A stretch of 57,723 nucleotides of DNA from Candidatus Iainarchaeum sp. (lineage in GTDB: Archaea > Iainarchaeota > Iainarchaeia > Iainarchaeales > JAZDDZ01): assembly GCA_043809245.1 (NCBI GenBank), contig JAZDDZ010000004.1, forward strand, positions 1 through 57,723, read 5' to 3'. The first letter of the stretch is position 1. Each line of letters opens with the position of its first letter. Below the pieces are notes generated by a model. It ran no database searches. It had not been told where the DNA came from and saw only the letters and a program-made list of their open reading frames with translations. Shown piece by piece: positions 45,605 to 54,027 of the stretch. Made by a program: the position numbers and the translations under genes.

Positions 45605-46514
45605 AAACGAACAACAAAGAAAAGATGTAATGCCCAAACTGGTTGCAGGCTCGCCTTTCTTAAGCGATGTTTGGCGACAGGTTCACCGAAACAAAGGCTC
45701 ACAAATAATTTTAGTGAACGGCTTGCCGAGAACAGGAAAAAGCGAGCTTTGTTTGGTTTTTGCCCACGCGTTAGACCCAAACTTTTCAGTGCAGAACAAT
45801 GTCGCATTCAACAAGCTGCAATTTTTGCAGTTGGTGCGAAAAAACAATTATGTCGGCGCCGTGAACATTTGGGAGGAAGCAGGGTTAATGGAATACGGTG
45901 CAAGCGCAAGAGAGTTTTGGAGTGCAGATAATAGACGAATGAGCAGCTTGTTTCAGTCAATGGGTTTTCACCGCCAAATTTGCATTGTGAACCTGCCCCA
46001 AAAAATAATGCTGGACAAGCACTTGAGGTCGCTGTGCCACTGGATTGTTGAAACAAAAAGCATTGACGTGCAAAGAGGAAAAGTGAAGTTTAAGGTTTTT
46101 CACATTCAGCCAAGCGACAAAATTTTTTATAAAAAATATATCAGGGTATTTGAAGATGATGGCATTACAAAGATTATGTCTTTTGTTGCACCCCGCCCCC
46201 CAATGGATATTTTGGAGGAGTATTGGGCGAGGGAAAAATTGTTCAAGGAAATGGTTTCGGATAAATTGGAGAAGGAAATGCTGGAAGAGTAAAAAAAACC
46301 TAACGACAGCGAGTCAAGGAAACTGACCACACAAAAGAGGAATGCTGCCTTGGTTGAAGCCATTGCCAAAGAGCCTAAAGCGTTCAGCAAGCCAAAGAAG
46401 AACAAGCTGGAATTGAATGCTGACTTGATTGCAGGCACGTTTGGGATTAGCGTGCCAACGGCAAGGGTTATCAAAGCGCTTTATACACAAAAGCACGGCG
46501 AAGTCAAGATATAA
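45594..46514 (+). pseudogene. P-loop ATPase (Zot/pI/packaging-like) plus C-terminal HTH, interrupted by in-frame TAA at 46290-46292
   Basis: GLPRTGKS, IWEEAG, Q...LDK.LR; the frame stays open 73 codons past the TAA and contains LIAGTFGISVPTARVIK. Confidence 0.7.
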
Positions 46515-46638
46515 GAATAAAAAAAAAGCAAATAACATTTCCCTTCCTATTAATGACTTGTATAGTGGTTTCGGCGTGGCGTTCTTTCCTTGACTTAAAC
46601 ATAAAACCTTTTTCTGCTTTTCGCAAGCATTTATTTGT

Positions 46639-47388
46639 ATGGATTACTGCAAAAATTGCGAAACCCACTTGTGCTGTAAAAGCATTACAATGCCAGTGCA
46701 ACTAACCCTATTTGACCTTTACCGAATAGCTAAAGAAAAGAGAATGAAAGTTTCCGAATTATTTTCTTCAAAGTGTTGCTTATTACCTGGCCTACTTCGG
46801 CCTGGCGCTGCATACAAAATAGATACAACCTTTGGTGTGCCTTGTGCTTTTTTAAAAGATGGTTGTGATTGCCATCTCTCAAAGCCAATAGCTTGCTTAA
46901 AATTTCCAGCCTCAGTACAATCATTGAAAGAATACGATTATTTTGATTATCCTTGTAGTGGCTATAACCTGCCAGAAGAAAAATCGTTAGTAGAACTAGA
47001 GGCAGTGCATGAAGAAGAGGATAATAAAACCCGGGCTTCCTTGTTCTTTAAGAAAACTCCGTTGCTTTTCATTGGTTCTTTGCCTCAAGAAATAAGTCTT
47101 CAGATTCAAAATTCTGATACAAAAATAATCCGCCAAAATTTGCCTCAGAAAGAAGCACATAAGAAAGCCATTGAGTTTTATCAAGCAGTATTAACCCCAC
47201 TTATTAGAAGTTCTGAATTAACTTACCAGTTTTGGCATGAATATGGTCATTCATTTGATAAAAAAATTAACCTTTGGAATTTTTGCCTTGAACGAATAAA
47301 AGATATTGAACAAAGCAAGAGCTTTTTAGAATCAGCAGAATTTTCTTCAAGAAAATATTTTAAGATTAGAAAAAAATACCAGATATAA
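46639..47388 (+). CDS. YkgJ/CxxCxxCC cysteine-cluster protein (cargo)
   Basis: C..C...CC, PCAFL..GC..H..KP.AC..FP; AT-rich. Confidence 0.75.
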   Translation: MDYCKNCETHLCCKSITMPVQLTLFDLYRIAKEKRMKVSELFSSKCCLLPGLLRPGAAYKIDTTFGVPCAFLKDGCDCHLSKPIACLKFPASVQSLKEYDYFDYPCSGYNLPEEKSLVELEAVHEEEDNKTRASLFFKKTPLLFIGSLPQEISLQIQNSDTKIIRQNLPQKEAHKKAIEFYQAVLTPLIRSSELTYQFWHEYGHSFDKKINLWNFCLERIKDIEQSKSFLESAEFSSRKYFKIRKKYQI

Positions 47389-47481
47389 CACAAAAGATTA
47401 ACAGACTTCGGATGGGGGGTTTACAATGCAAACAAGGGAAGAACTGGAACAAGCCTATAAGGAATCACTGAAAAAGTTTTT

Positions 47482-47931
47482 CTACTCTTTTTTGTGGATT
47501 ACAAAACGGATAAGCATACTGAGAGTTAATGTAATACAAAAAAACGACAAAGCACCCATATAGCCAGTTAAATTAAAAAACTCACTAACCAATGTGTTAA
47601 TAGTAATACAAGTTATTAAAAAAAATGAAATTTTTACCAAGTCTACTCCAAAGTCGTAAGACTTATGTGCAAATCTCACAGAAAGATCGGATAATGCGAG
47701 TGCTTCTTCCTTCTTAAATATCCCCGAAATTAATAGTAAGTATAACAAGAAAAAGATCCCCGGGATTATTACTACACAGATGATAAGAGAATATATAACG
47801 TCTAAAATTAATGTTCCTTTAGGAATGAATGAAAAACCAAAATAAGCGACAGCGAATAACGCGGCAGTAAGGCCCAAAGCAAAATTAATCCTTATCTGTT
47901 CTTCTTTAAGGTATACCCTTCTGGCAGTCAT
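47482..47931 (-). CDS. 4-TM membrane protein (cargo)
   Basis: Four hydrophobic segments, AT-rich. Confidence 0.65.
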   Translation of the reverse strand: MTARRVYLKEEQIRINFALGLTAALFAVAYFGFSFIPKGTLILDVIYSLIICVVIIPGIFFLLYLLLISGIFKKEEALALSDLSVRFAHKSYDFGVDLVKISFFLITCITINTLVSEFFNLTGYMGALSFFCITLTLSMLIRFVIHKKE

Positions 47932-48002
47932 ACATAAAAAACCAAAATAATTTATTTAAACCCACTTATTGTAAGAATATGCCTTAATTTAAAGAAGGAA
48001 AG

Positions 48003-48179
48003 ATGACGCTAAGGGGCTTGCCTGATTTTTGGGATGATGCCAAACAATCCTTCGCGGGGTATAAGGTTCGCAATGCGCAACTAAAACCCGAACAGGTTCA
48101 ATGGAAAGAAATATTTGAAAAAGCAGGATTCAAATACATTGTCCACAGGCCGGATGAAAAAAAACCGTTAGAAAATTGA
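48003..48179 (+). pseudogene. VRR-NUC-like nuclease fragment
   Basis: MTLRGLPDFWDDAKQSFAGYKVRNAQLKPEQVQWKEIFEKAGFKYIVHRP; PD..ExK motif with E replaced by G. Confidence 0.6.
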
Positions 48180-48310
48180 CGCTTGTTTTTCCTCCTTCGG
48201 GCGGGCAAAAACAGCCCACCCCTCTCCTCTTAAGCTTCTCAGCATTTTTCCACTAAAATAGCATTTTTAGGCTTTTCGATGGCACAATTTAAGCAGGGGA
48301 GTGGATTCTT

Positions 48311-48697
48311 TTGAATGGCAAAATAGTCTTATTGATTGCACTGATTTTAGCGATTATTTTTAGTGGATGCACGCAAACAAACAACACGCCAACAGGTCAA
48401 GCGAGTTTAGCTTCTGTTTCACAAAATAAAACGCCTGATTATCAAGCTGCTGACGCCAAATTAGAAAAGGAAATCTGTGAATTGAAGCAAGAACACTACG
48501 CCCTTGAAGCCTATACTAATTGCCTGCAGAATGTTTTAGCGGTTAGCCTTCCATTTGAATTATCTAAATTGAACTGCGAGCAAATTGATGTGAATGAAAC
48601 ACTATGTAAAGATTATATTCAGGGTTACAACGATAATATTGATAGATGCAGAAGCCAATACGAACAACCACAAAACTTCGGTTGGACTTGCGAATAA
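48311..48697 (+). CDS. Predicted lipoprotein
   Basis: Signal peptide with FSGC lipobox; Cys-rich mature part. Confidence 0.7.
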   Translation: MNGKIVLLIALILAIIFSGCTQTNNTPTGQASLASVSQNKTPDYQAADAKLEKEICELKQEHYALEAYTNCLQNVLAVSLPFELSKLNCEQIDVNETLCKDYIQGYNDNIDRCRSQYEQPQNFGWTCE

Positions 48698-49208
48698 TTG
48701 ACGCAGTTTGCTTTATTAAAGTGATTTGATTGAAAGAAAAAAAGGAAGAATTGTGGATTGTAAAAAGATTAAAGAGATTAGGCTATACTGGAAAACTACT
48801 TGATATTTTGGAAGATAAGCATTCATCTTAGAAAAATTGAAACCATTTTGTTCAAACGGTTTCCAGCTTGTCCTTCTGTGGCAGTTAGGCGTTAATTTTT
48901 TCCAGGATTATGCGGCCGCTTATGCGGTCGTAGTTTACCAATAGCTGCGTTTCCTTAGTCAGGCCTGCGGCCTGCACTACTTCCCGCGGGATCCGGCAGT
49001 AAAGGTTTTTTCCATTCTTGATTAGTTTAACCACAAAAACACCTTAATAATTTTTTAACTGTTTGTTAAATAAGTGTTAATGAAACGCATATAAAATAGC
49101 TGAAGAAACAGGTAAGCTATGAACTGTTATGCCAATGCTCACCCTCAGCTTTTGATATCAAGAGATATCTTTATATATCTTATTCTATAATAATATTTCA
49201 GTGATTCC

Positions 49209-49436
49209 TTGCAGAAGGGCGCTTATCATATAGTGATTTCAAGGCACGCGTTTGTCAGGGCAGTGCAGAGGAGGATTCACCCTGACTTGATTGAGGACAC
49301 GGTTAAAACAGGGAAAATGAAGCGATTTGGAAAGAATAATGTCAAAATCGAAAAGAGGTTCAAGCATTATACTATAACTTGCGTTGATGAGATTGTTGGT
49401 TTGATAATTAAAATTGTGACTATTACAAAAAGGTGA
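49209..49436 (+). CDS. DUF4258-like (RelE/BrnT-fold) toxin
   Basis: ISRHA..RA.QR.I....I..TV..G...I.IVTI. Confidence 0.75.
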   Translation: MQKGAYHIVISRHAFVRAVQRRIHPDLIEDTVKTGKMKRFGKNNVKIEKRFKHYTITCVDEIVGLIIKIVTITKR

Positions 49437-49440
49437 AATT

Positions 49441-49752
49441 ATGAACTGCCCTAAATGTTCTCGCAAAATGGTCGAGAAAAAGGATAAAACGCCCGAAGGC
49501 GTCGAGTATCGTTTCTTTAGCTGCGGCAACTGCGGCGAGGAGATCGTTAACATGAAACAGTTGCATAACGTGGCTGAAAAATACAGGGAAATGAAACATT
49601 ACAGCGCAAAGGTTTCAAAGTGGGGTGAAAGCATCGCCATCAGGATACCTAAGCCGCTGATAACACAATACGGCTTCAAGGCTGATGACGAGGTTTCATT
49701 GATTCCTGAAAAACAGGCAATAAAGATTGTTGCAAGACACAATAGCAGATAA
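49441..49752 (+). CDS. Zn-ribbon (YgiT/MqsA-type) plus AbrB/MazE antitoxin
   Basis: CPKC...CGNCGE; KVSKWGES.AIRIPK. Confidence 0.82.
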   Translation: MNCPKCSRKMVEKKDKTPEGVEYRFFSCGNCGEEIVNMKQLHNVAEKYREMKHYSAKVSKWGESIAIRIPKPLITQYGFKADDEVSLIPEKQAIKIVARHNSR

Positions 49753-49896
49753 ACATAGACCGGGATTGCCGGAGCAAGCCCGGGGATTCAATAGTAATAA
49801 TTATACTTATTTGTGCTTTTAAATATTACTGCTTTAAAAAACAAACAAAAACTTTCTGCGCTTATTTTTTAACCCCATTTACCGCATATCATTCTT

Positions 49897-50838
49897 ATGA
49901 ACCCCCCAGCCATTTCCATAAAAAATCTTTCCAAGGCTTACAAAAAGATCAAGGCAGTGGATAACGTTTCCTTTGACATTTTGGAGGGCGAGTTCTTCGG
50001 CTATTTGGGGCCCAATGGAGCGGGAAAAACCACGACAATTAATTCAATTGTGGGCTTGACGAATTTTGACAGTGGAAGCGTTAAGGTAATGGGTTTAGAT
50101 GTTGTGAAGGATTATGTCAAGGCAAGGAAACTGATTGGGTTCGCGCAGCAGGAGCTTTCATTTGACCCTTTTCTTTCTGTGAGGGAAATTTTGTTGTACC
50201 AGGGCGGTTACTTTGAAATGAAAGGCAAGGCGCTGGAAGCAAGGGTTGAAGAGCTGTTAAAGCAGTTTAATTTAAAGCACCAGGAAAAAGACGATTTCAG
50301 AAAGCTTTCAGGCGGAATGAAGAGAAGGCTGCAGCTGGCAAAGGCATTGATGCATGAGCCGAAAATACTCATACTTGACGAGCCATCCGCTGGAGTTGAC
50401 GTTGAATTAAGGCATAACCTCTGGAGGTATCTTGCAAAGATAAACAAGCAGGGCACGACAATCCTTCTTACAACCCATTACATTGAGGAAGCCGAAAAAT
50501 TATGCGAGCGAATAGGCGTAATCAACAGGGGAAAAATAATCAAGCTTGACTCAAAGGAAAATTTGCTGAAGGAGTTAAGCGAACAGCTTGTCCTGATTGA
50601 ATTGAAGGAAAAAATCAAAAAATTGCCGCAGTCCCTGCAGAAGCACAAGTGCGGGCTTGACTTGAAAAAAGGCGTAATAACAGTCAAGTGCCGTGACGCG
50701 CAAAAAGAATTGGGGGGAATTGTGGCGCGGCTTTCAAGGGAAGGATTGAACGTTGACAACATTGACATAGTGAAAGACGATTTGGAAAAGATTTACATCA
50801 GGCTCGTGGGGGAAAGCGATGAATTTAACGGGTTTTAG
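49897..50838 (+). CDS. ABC transporter ATP-binding protein (YadG-like)
   Basis: GPNGAGKT, LSGGMKRR, LILDEP, TTHY. Confidence 0.95.
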   Translation: MNPPAISIKNLSKAYKKIKAVDNVSFDILEGEFFGYLGPNGAGKTTTINSIVGLTNFDSGSVKVMGLDVVKDYVKARKLIGFAQQELSFDPFLSVREILLYQGGYFEMKGKALEARVEELLKQFNLKHQEKDDFRKLSGGMKRRLQLAKALMHEPKILILDEPSAGVDVELRHNLWRYLAKINKQGTTILLTTHYIEEAEKLCERIGVINRGKIIKLDSKENLLKELSEQLVLIELKEKIKKLPQSLQKHKCGLDLKKGVITVKCRDAQKELGGIVARLSREGLNVDNIDIVKDDLEKIYIRLVGESDEFNGF

Positions 50839-51580
50839 CGCAATGACAAGGCGCGAGATAAGGCGTTTCATGGTTATTCCCGCGCAGACAATCCTGCCGC
50901 CGATTGTTTCATCCTTTCTATTTATACTTATTTTTGGAACATTTTTGGGCGGGAGCCTTGGAAGCGTGGACGGCATTCCATACGCGCTCTTTTTCGTTCC
51001 GGGTTTAGTGGTATTAGACATTATCACGAGCGCTTACGCGAACTCGGCTTTCTCTTTGTTTTTGATGCGTTTCCTGAATTTCACAAGCGACATCCTCACA
51101 GCACCACTCTCATATTTTGAAATTGTTTTGGCGTTCACAATCGGCTCGGTGTTGAGGAGCCTTATTGTTGCAACGCTTGTGTTCATTGTCGCAGCTTTCT
51201 TTGTACAGTTAAGCTTTCACAGCATCCCCCTGTTGATTTTCTCAGCCATAATTGCTTCCGTGCTTTTCTCTTCAATCGGCTTGGTTGTCGGCTTGTGGGC
51301 AAAGGAATTCGAGCACCTGGAGCTTTTGACTACTTTCCTTATAACGCCTTTGACTTTTTTGGGGGGAATGTTTAACTCTGTTGCAATGCTTCCCGAGCCA
51401 TTGAAAACCGCGACTTACTGGAATCCTTTCTTTTACATCATCAACGCTACAAGGTATTCTGTCACAGGAGTAAGCGAGGCAAGCCTCTGGCTGAGCTTCC
51501 TTATCCCAATTGTTCTTGCAGCTGGTTTCTTTTATTTCGCGTTTTACCTTTTCAGAAAAGGATACAATTTGAGGAGCTGA
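50819..51580 (+). CDS. ABC-2 permease (YadH-like)
   Basis: REIRRF, QTILPP, PLTFLGG, NPFFY. Confidence 0.93.
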   Translation: MNLTGFSAMTRREIRRFMVIPAQTILPPIVSSFLFILIFGTFLGGSLGSVDGIPYALFFVPGLVVLDIITSAYANSAFSLFLMRFLNFTSDILTAPLSYFEIVLAFTIGSVLRSLIVATLVFIVAAFFVQLSFHSIPLLIFSAIIASVLFSSIGLVVGLWAKEFEHLELLTTFLITPLTFLGGMFNSVAMLPEPLKTATYWNPFFYIINATRYSVTGVSEASLWLSFLIPIVLAAGFFYFAFYLFRKGYNLRS

Positions 51581-51631
51581 ACGCACCGCCTACTTTTTAA
51601 CCTTTTGCCAGCAGAATTTTTTCCGGTTAGA

Positions 51632-51988
51632 ATGTTTCACATGGGAAAGGTTTCAACTGTTATTTCGCCTAAAAGCAAAGAAGTATTGAGCTCTGACAGC
51701 TCGACACAGGCAGTCGTGAAAATGTGGGATGAAAACCTTTTAACCCTGCTTGTAGAGGAAAGCATTGCACAGGAGTTAAAGGAAAACGACATTGTATTGG
51801 TCAATTACAGGCCTGCAAGCAAGGCAGGGGGCCAGGCTGTTCCGAAAATGACTGTGTGCAAGATTTTGAGGGGAAAGCTCGCGAAAAAAACATGGGAAGA
51901 ATTCGCTGCAAAAAACAAGGGGCTAAAGGACCCTGCAAAACAGCCGCAGGGCCAGGCACAGCAGCCGCACTTCAGCCAGATACACTGA
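51632..51988 (+). CDS. Hypothetical protein (possible OB-like fold)
   Basis: Well-formed beta-rich ORF; start uncertain. Confidence 0.65.
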   Translation: MFHMGKVSTVISPKSKEVLSSDSSTQAVVKMWDENLLTLLVEESIAQELKENDIVLVNYRPASKAGGQAVPKMTVCKILRGKLAKKTWEEFAAKNKGLKDPAKQPQGQAQQPHFSQIH

Positions 51989-52116
51989 GGCTAAAAAGGC
52001 GCGTGAAAAAACCCGCATAATAAGCTTTAAAAAGAATTGCAGGGCAGAATCAGTAATACTTCCCCTTTTTTTCTGATAAAAAGGATTGGATTTATACATA
52101 ATAAAAGTGGTTTTTT

Positions 52117-52887
52117 ATGGGTTTAAGGCCAGGGCATTGCTACAGCAGTTCGGTTAAGAATCGTGCTTACACGCGTTCCGCTGTAACCGTGCATAGAAAG
52201 AATTACATTGGCGCGATTCCGCACCTGAAGACAAGGCAGTTCAACATGGGCAATCCGATAAAGGATTTCACCCATATACTTGACCTGATTGTTGACGACT
52301 CCGGCTGGCAGATAAGGGATAACGCGATTGAGGCCTCAAGGATTGCAATCAACCGTTATTTGAACCGAAAGCTTGGAAAAGACGGATATTTCATGAAAAT
52401 AAGGGTCTATCCCTATCACATTCTGCGCGAAAACAAGCAGGCGCAGGGCGCTGGAGCAGACCGTGTATCCAAGGGAATGAGCCTTTCATTCGGCAAACCC
52501 ATTGGAAGAGCGGCAAGGGTGCGCATTGGGCAAAAAATTATTTCTGTTTTGGTTGACGAAAAAGACTTGGTGCTTGCAAAAGAGGCGCTGTTAAGGGCGC
52601 GCTCAAAGATGAATGTAGAGTTAAAGGTTAGGGTTGGCACGGATGTGAAATCCATTGGCACAAAGCCGAGGAAAATCACAGAGGAAGCCGTTGAAGTTAA
52701 AGCGGAAGAGAAAAAAGAGGAAGGCGCAGAGGCAGTTGCAGGCGAAGGCGAGGCAAAGGAAGGCGAAAAGAAAGCCGAAGGCAAGGAAGGCGCAGGCGGA
52801 GCAAAAGGAAAAGAAGCATCTGCAAAGGGAAAGGACGCATCAAAAGCCACTGGAAAAACAGATAAAGCCGCGGAAAAAAAGAAGTAA
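52117..52887 (+). CDS. rpl10e: 50S ribosomal protein L10e (uL16) with charged C-terminal extension
   Basis: LRPGHCY, IEASRI, RVYPYHILRENK, GADRVSKGM..SFGKP. Confidence 0.96.
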   Translation: MGLRPGHCYSSSVKNRAYTRSAVTVHRKNYIGAIPHLKTRQFNMGNPIKDFTHILDLIVDDSGWQIRDNAIEASRIAINRYLNRKLGKDGYFMKIRVYPYHILRENKQAQGAGADRVSKGMSLSFGKPIGRAARVRIGQKIISVLVDEKDLVLAKEALLRARSKMNVELKVRVGTDVKSIGTKPRKITEEAVEVKAEEKKEEGAEAVAGEGEAKEGEKKAEGKEGAGGAKGKEASAKGKDASKATGKTDKAAEKKK

Positions 52888-53279
52888 CGCGCATTAAACA
52901 GGCTTTTTACGCCTTTTGAAGCGGTTTTAAAAAACCCGCTTAGTCATCGTTTTTTTCCAAATTAGTCATGCCTGTTTTTTTCGGATTCTAAATCGGCAGC
53001 GCTTTATAGGAGAACGCATACTATATTATTGCATTTTTTTCCTTGGATAAATCGGTTGCCTTGGAAAAAGGTGTGTGAGGAGTACCTCTGTCATGCAATC
53101 GCCATTAATGCAGGAACTGGACTACACCTTCTTGCACGAAACCTTTGCATGTTAAGTTATTCTCTACGCACGAAGGAAACTGGCAAAAAAACCTAAGGTT
53201 AAGTTGATAGGTGCGCTTTTTTGCGAAGCCTTTCACCGTGTCCACAAAGGAAAAAATGCGGAAAAAAAATGGTGAGCTA

Positions 53280-53621
53280 ATGGTTTGCACTAAATTGGAT
53301 TCCGGATGTTGCATGCTTTCAAACGAATCATGCGACAAGCCCTACGAGATGAAGATGATTTCATTCCAGTCCTGCCCTGTATTCAAGTCAGGTGGAAAAG
53401 GGCTTTCATTGCACGCGGAAAACATCAAGCACGCGGTAAGGAAAAACGTTAACAAGCTCTTTGCCTCAAAGCAATCAAGCCAGCAGAAACCAGTGAAAAA
53501 GGGTTCGGCTAAAATTTCTGCAAAAAAAGTTAAAAGCAAGAAATCAGGCGTGAAGGCAAAATCAAGCAAAAGCAGCGGCAAAGGCAAAGCTAAATCCAAG
53601 GCGAAAAAGAAAAAACGCTGA
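53280..53621 (+). CDS. Small Cys-motif protein with Lys-rich tail
   Basis: GGTGAG SD before MVCTKL; five Cys followed by a histone-H1-like K/S/A tail. Confidence 0.55.
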   Translation: MVCTKLDSGCCMLSNESCDKPYEMKMISFQSCPVFKSGGKGLSLHAENIKHAVRKNVNKLFASKQSSQQKPVKKGSAKISAKKVKSKKSGVKAKSSKSSGKGKAKSKAKKKKR

Positions 53622-53680
53622 ACTAGAAAAGCGGCTTTTTTTACACACTGTTTTTATGTTCTTCGGGTATTTTTGGCTAT

Positions 53681-53941
53681 ATGCTGGTTGACCTTTTAGG
53701 CTATACTGCAGGCATTCTTGTTGTAATTTCACTGCTTCCACAGGTTATAAAAAGTTGGAAAACGAAGTCCACTGAGGACTTGTCTTTCTGGCGGTACATA
53801 ATTTATTGTATAGGTTTAATTTTGTGGATAACCTATGCGGCGATAATCCAGAATGGGCCTGTGGCACTAATGAACTCAATCGGGTTAATACTGGCGCTGT
53901 CAATTCTCTTCCTGAAAATCAAATACGAGTATTTGAAATAA
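53681..53941 (+). CDS. SemiSWEET/PQ-loop transporter
   Basis: LPQVIKSWKTKS..DLS, LW..Y, N; 3 TM. Confidence 0.9.
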   Translation: MLVDLLGYTAGILVVISLLPQVIKSWKTKSTEDLSFWRYIIYCIGLILWITYAAIIQNGPVALMNSIGLILALSILFLKIKYEYLK

Positions 53942-54027
53942 ACCTCCCGAGGCAAGATTTTGAATAAAAAACGCTGAATCCGCAATCTATTTATACTTCT
54001 TTCTTCTTTTTCTTTTACTGAACGCAC

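Larger units (their letters stand above)
40161..49150. mobile_element. ~9 kb integrated virus/plasmid-like element in the tRNA-Cys 3' end
   Basis: CACCCTCAGCT at 40161-40171 and 49140-49150; integrase next to the tRNA; Rep/helicase, regulators and ATPase inside. Confidence 0.85.

Noticed and set aside
48909-48976. TATGCGGCCG/TATGCGGTCG repeat and GGCCTGCGGCC near attR
   Set aside because: Too short to assign; could be integrase arm sites, but no matching copies were seen near attL
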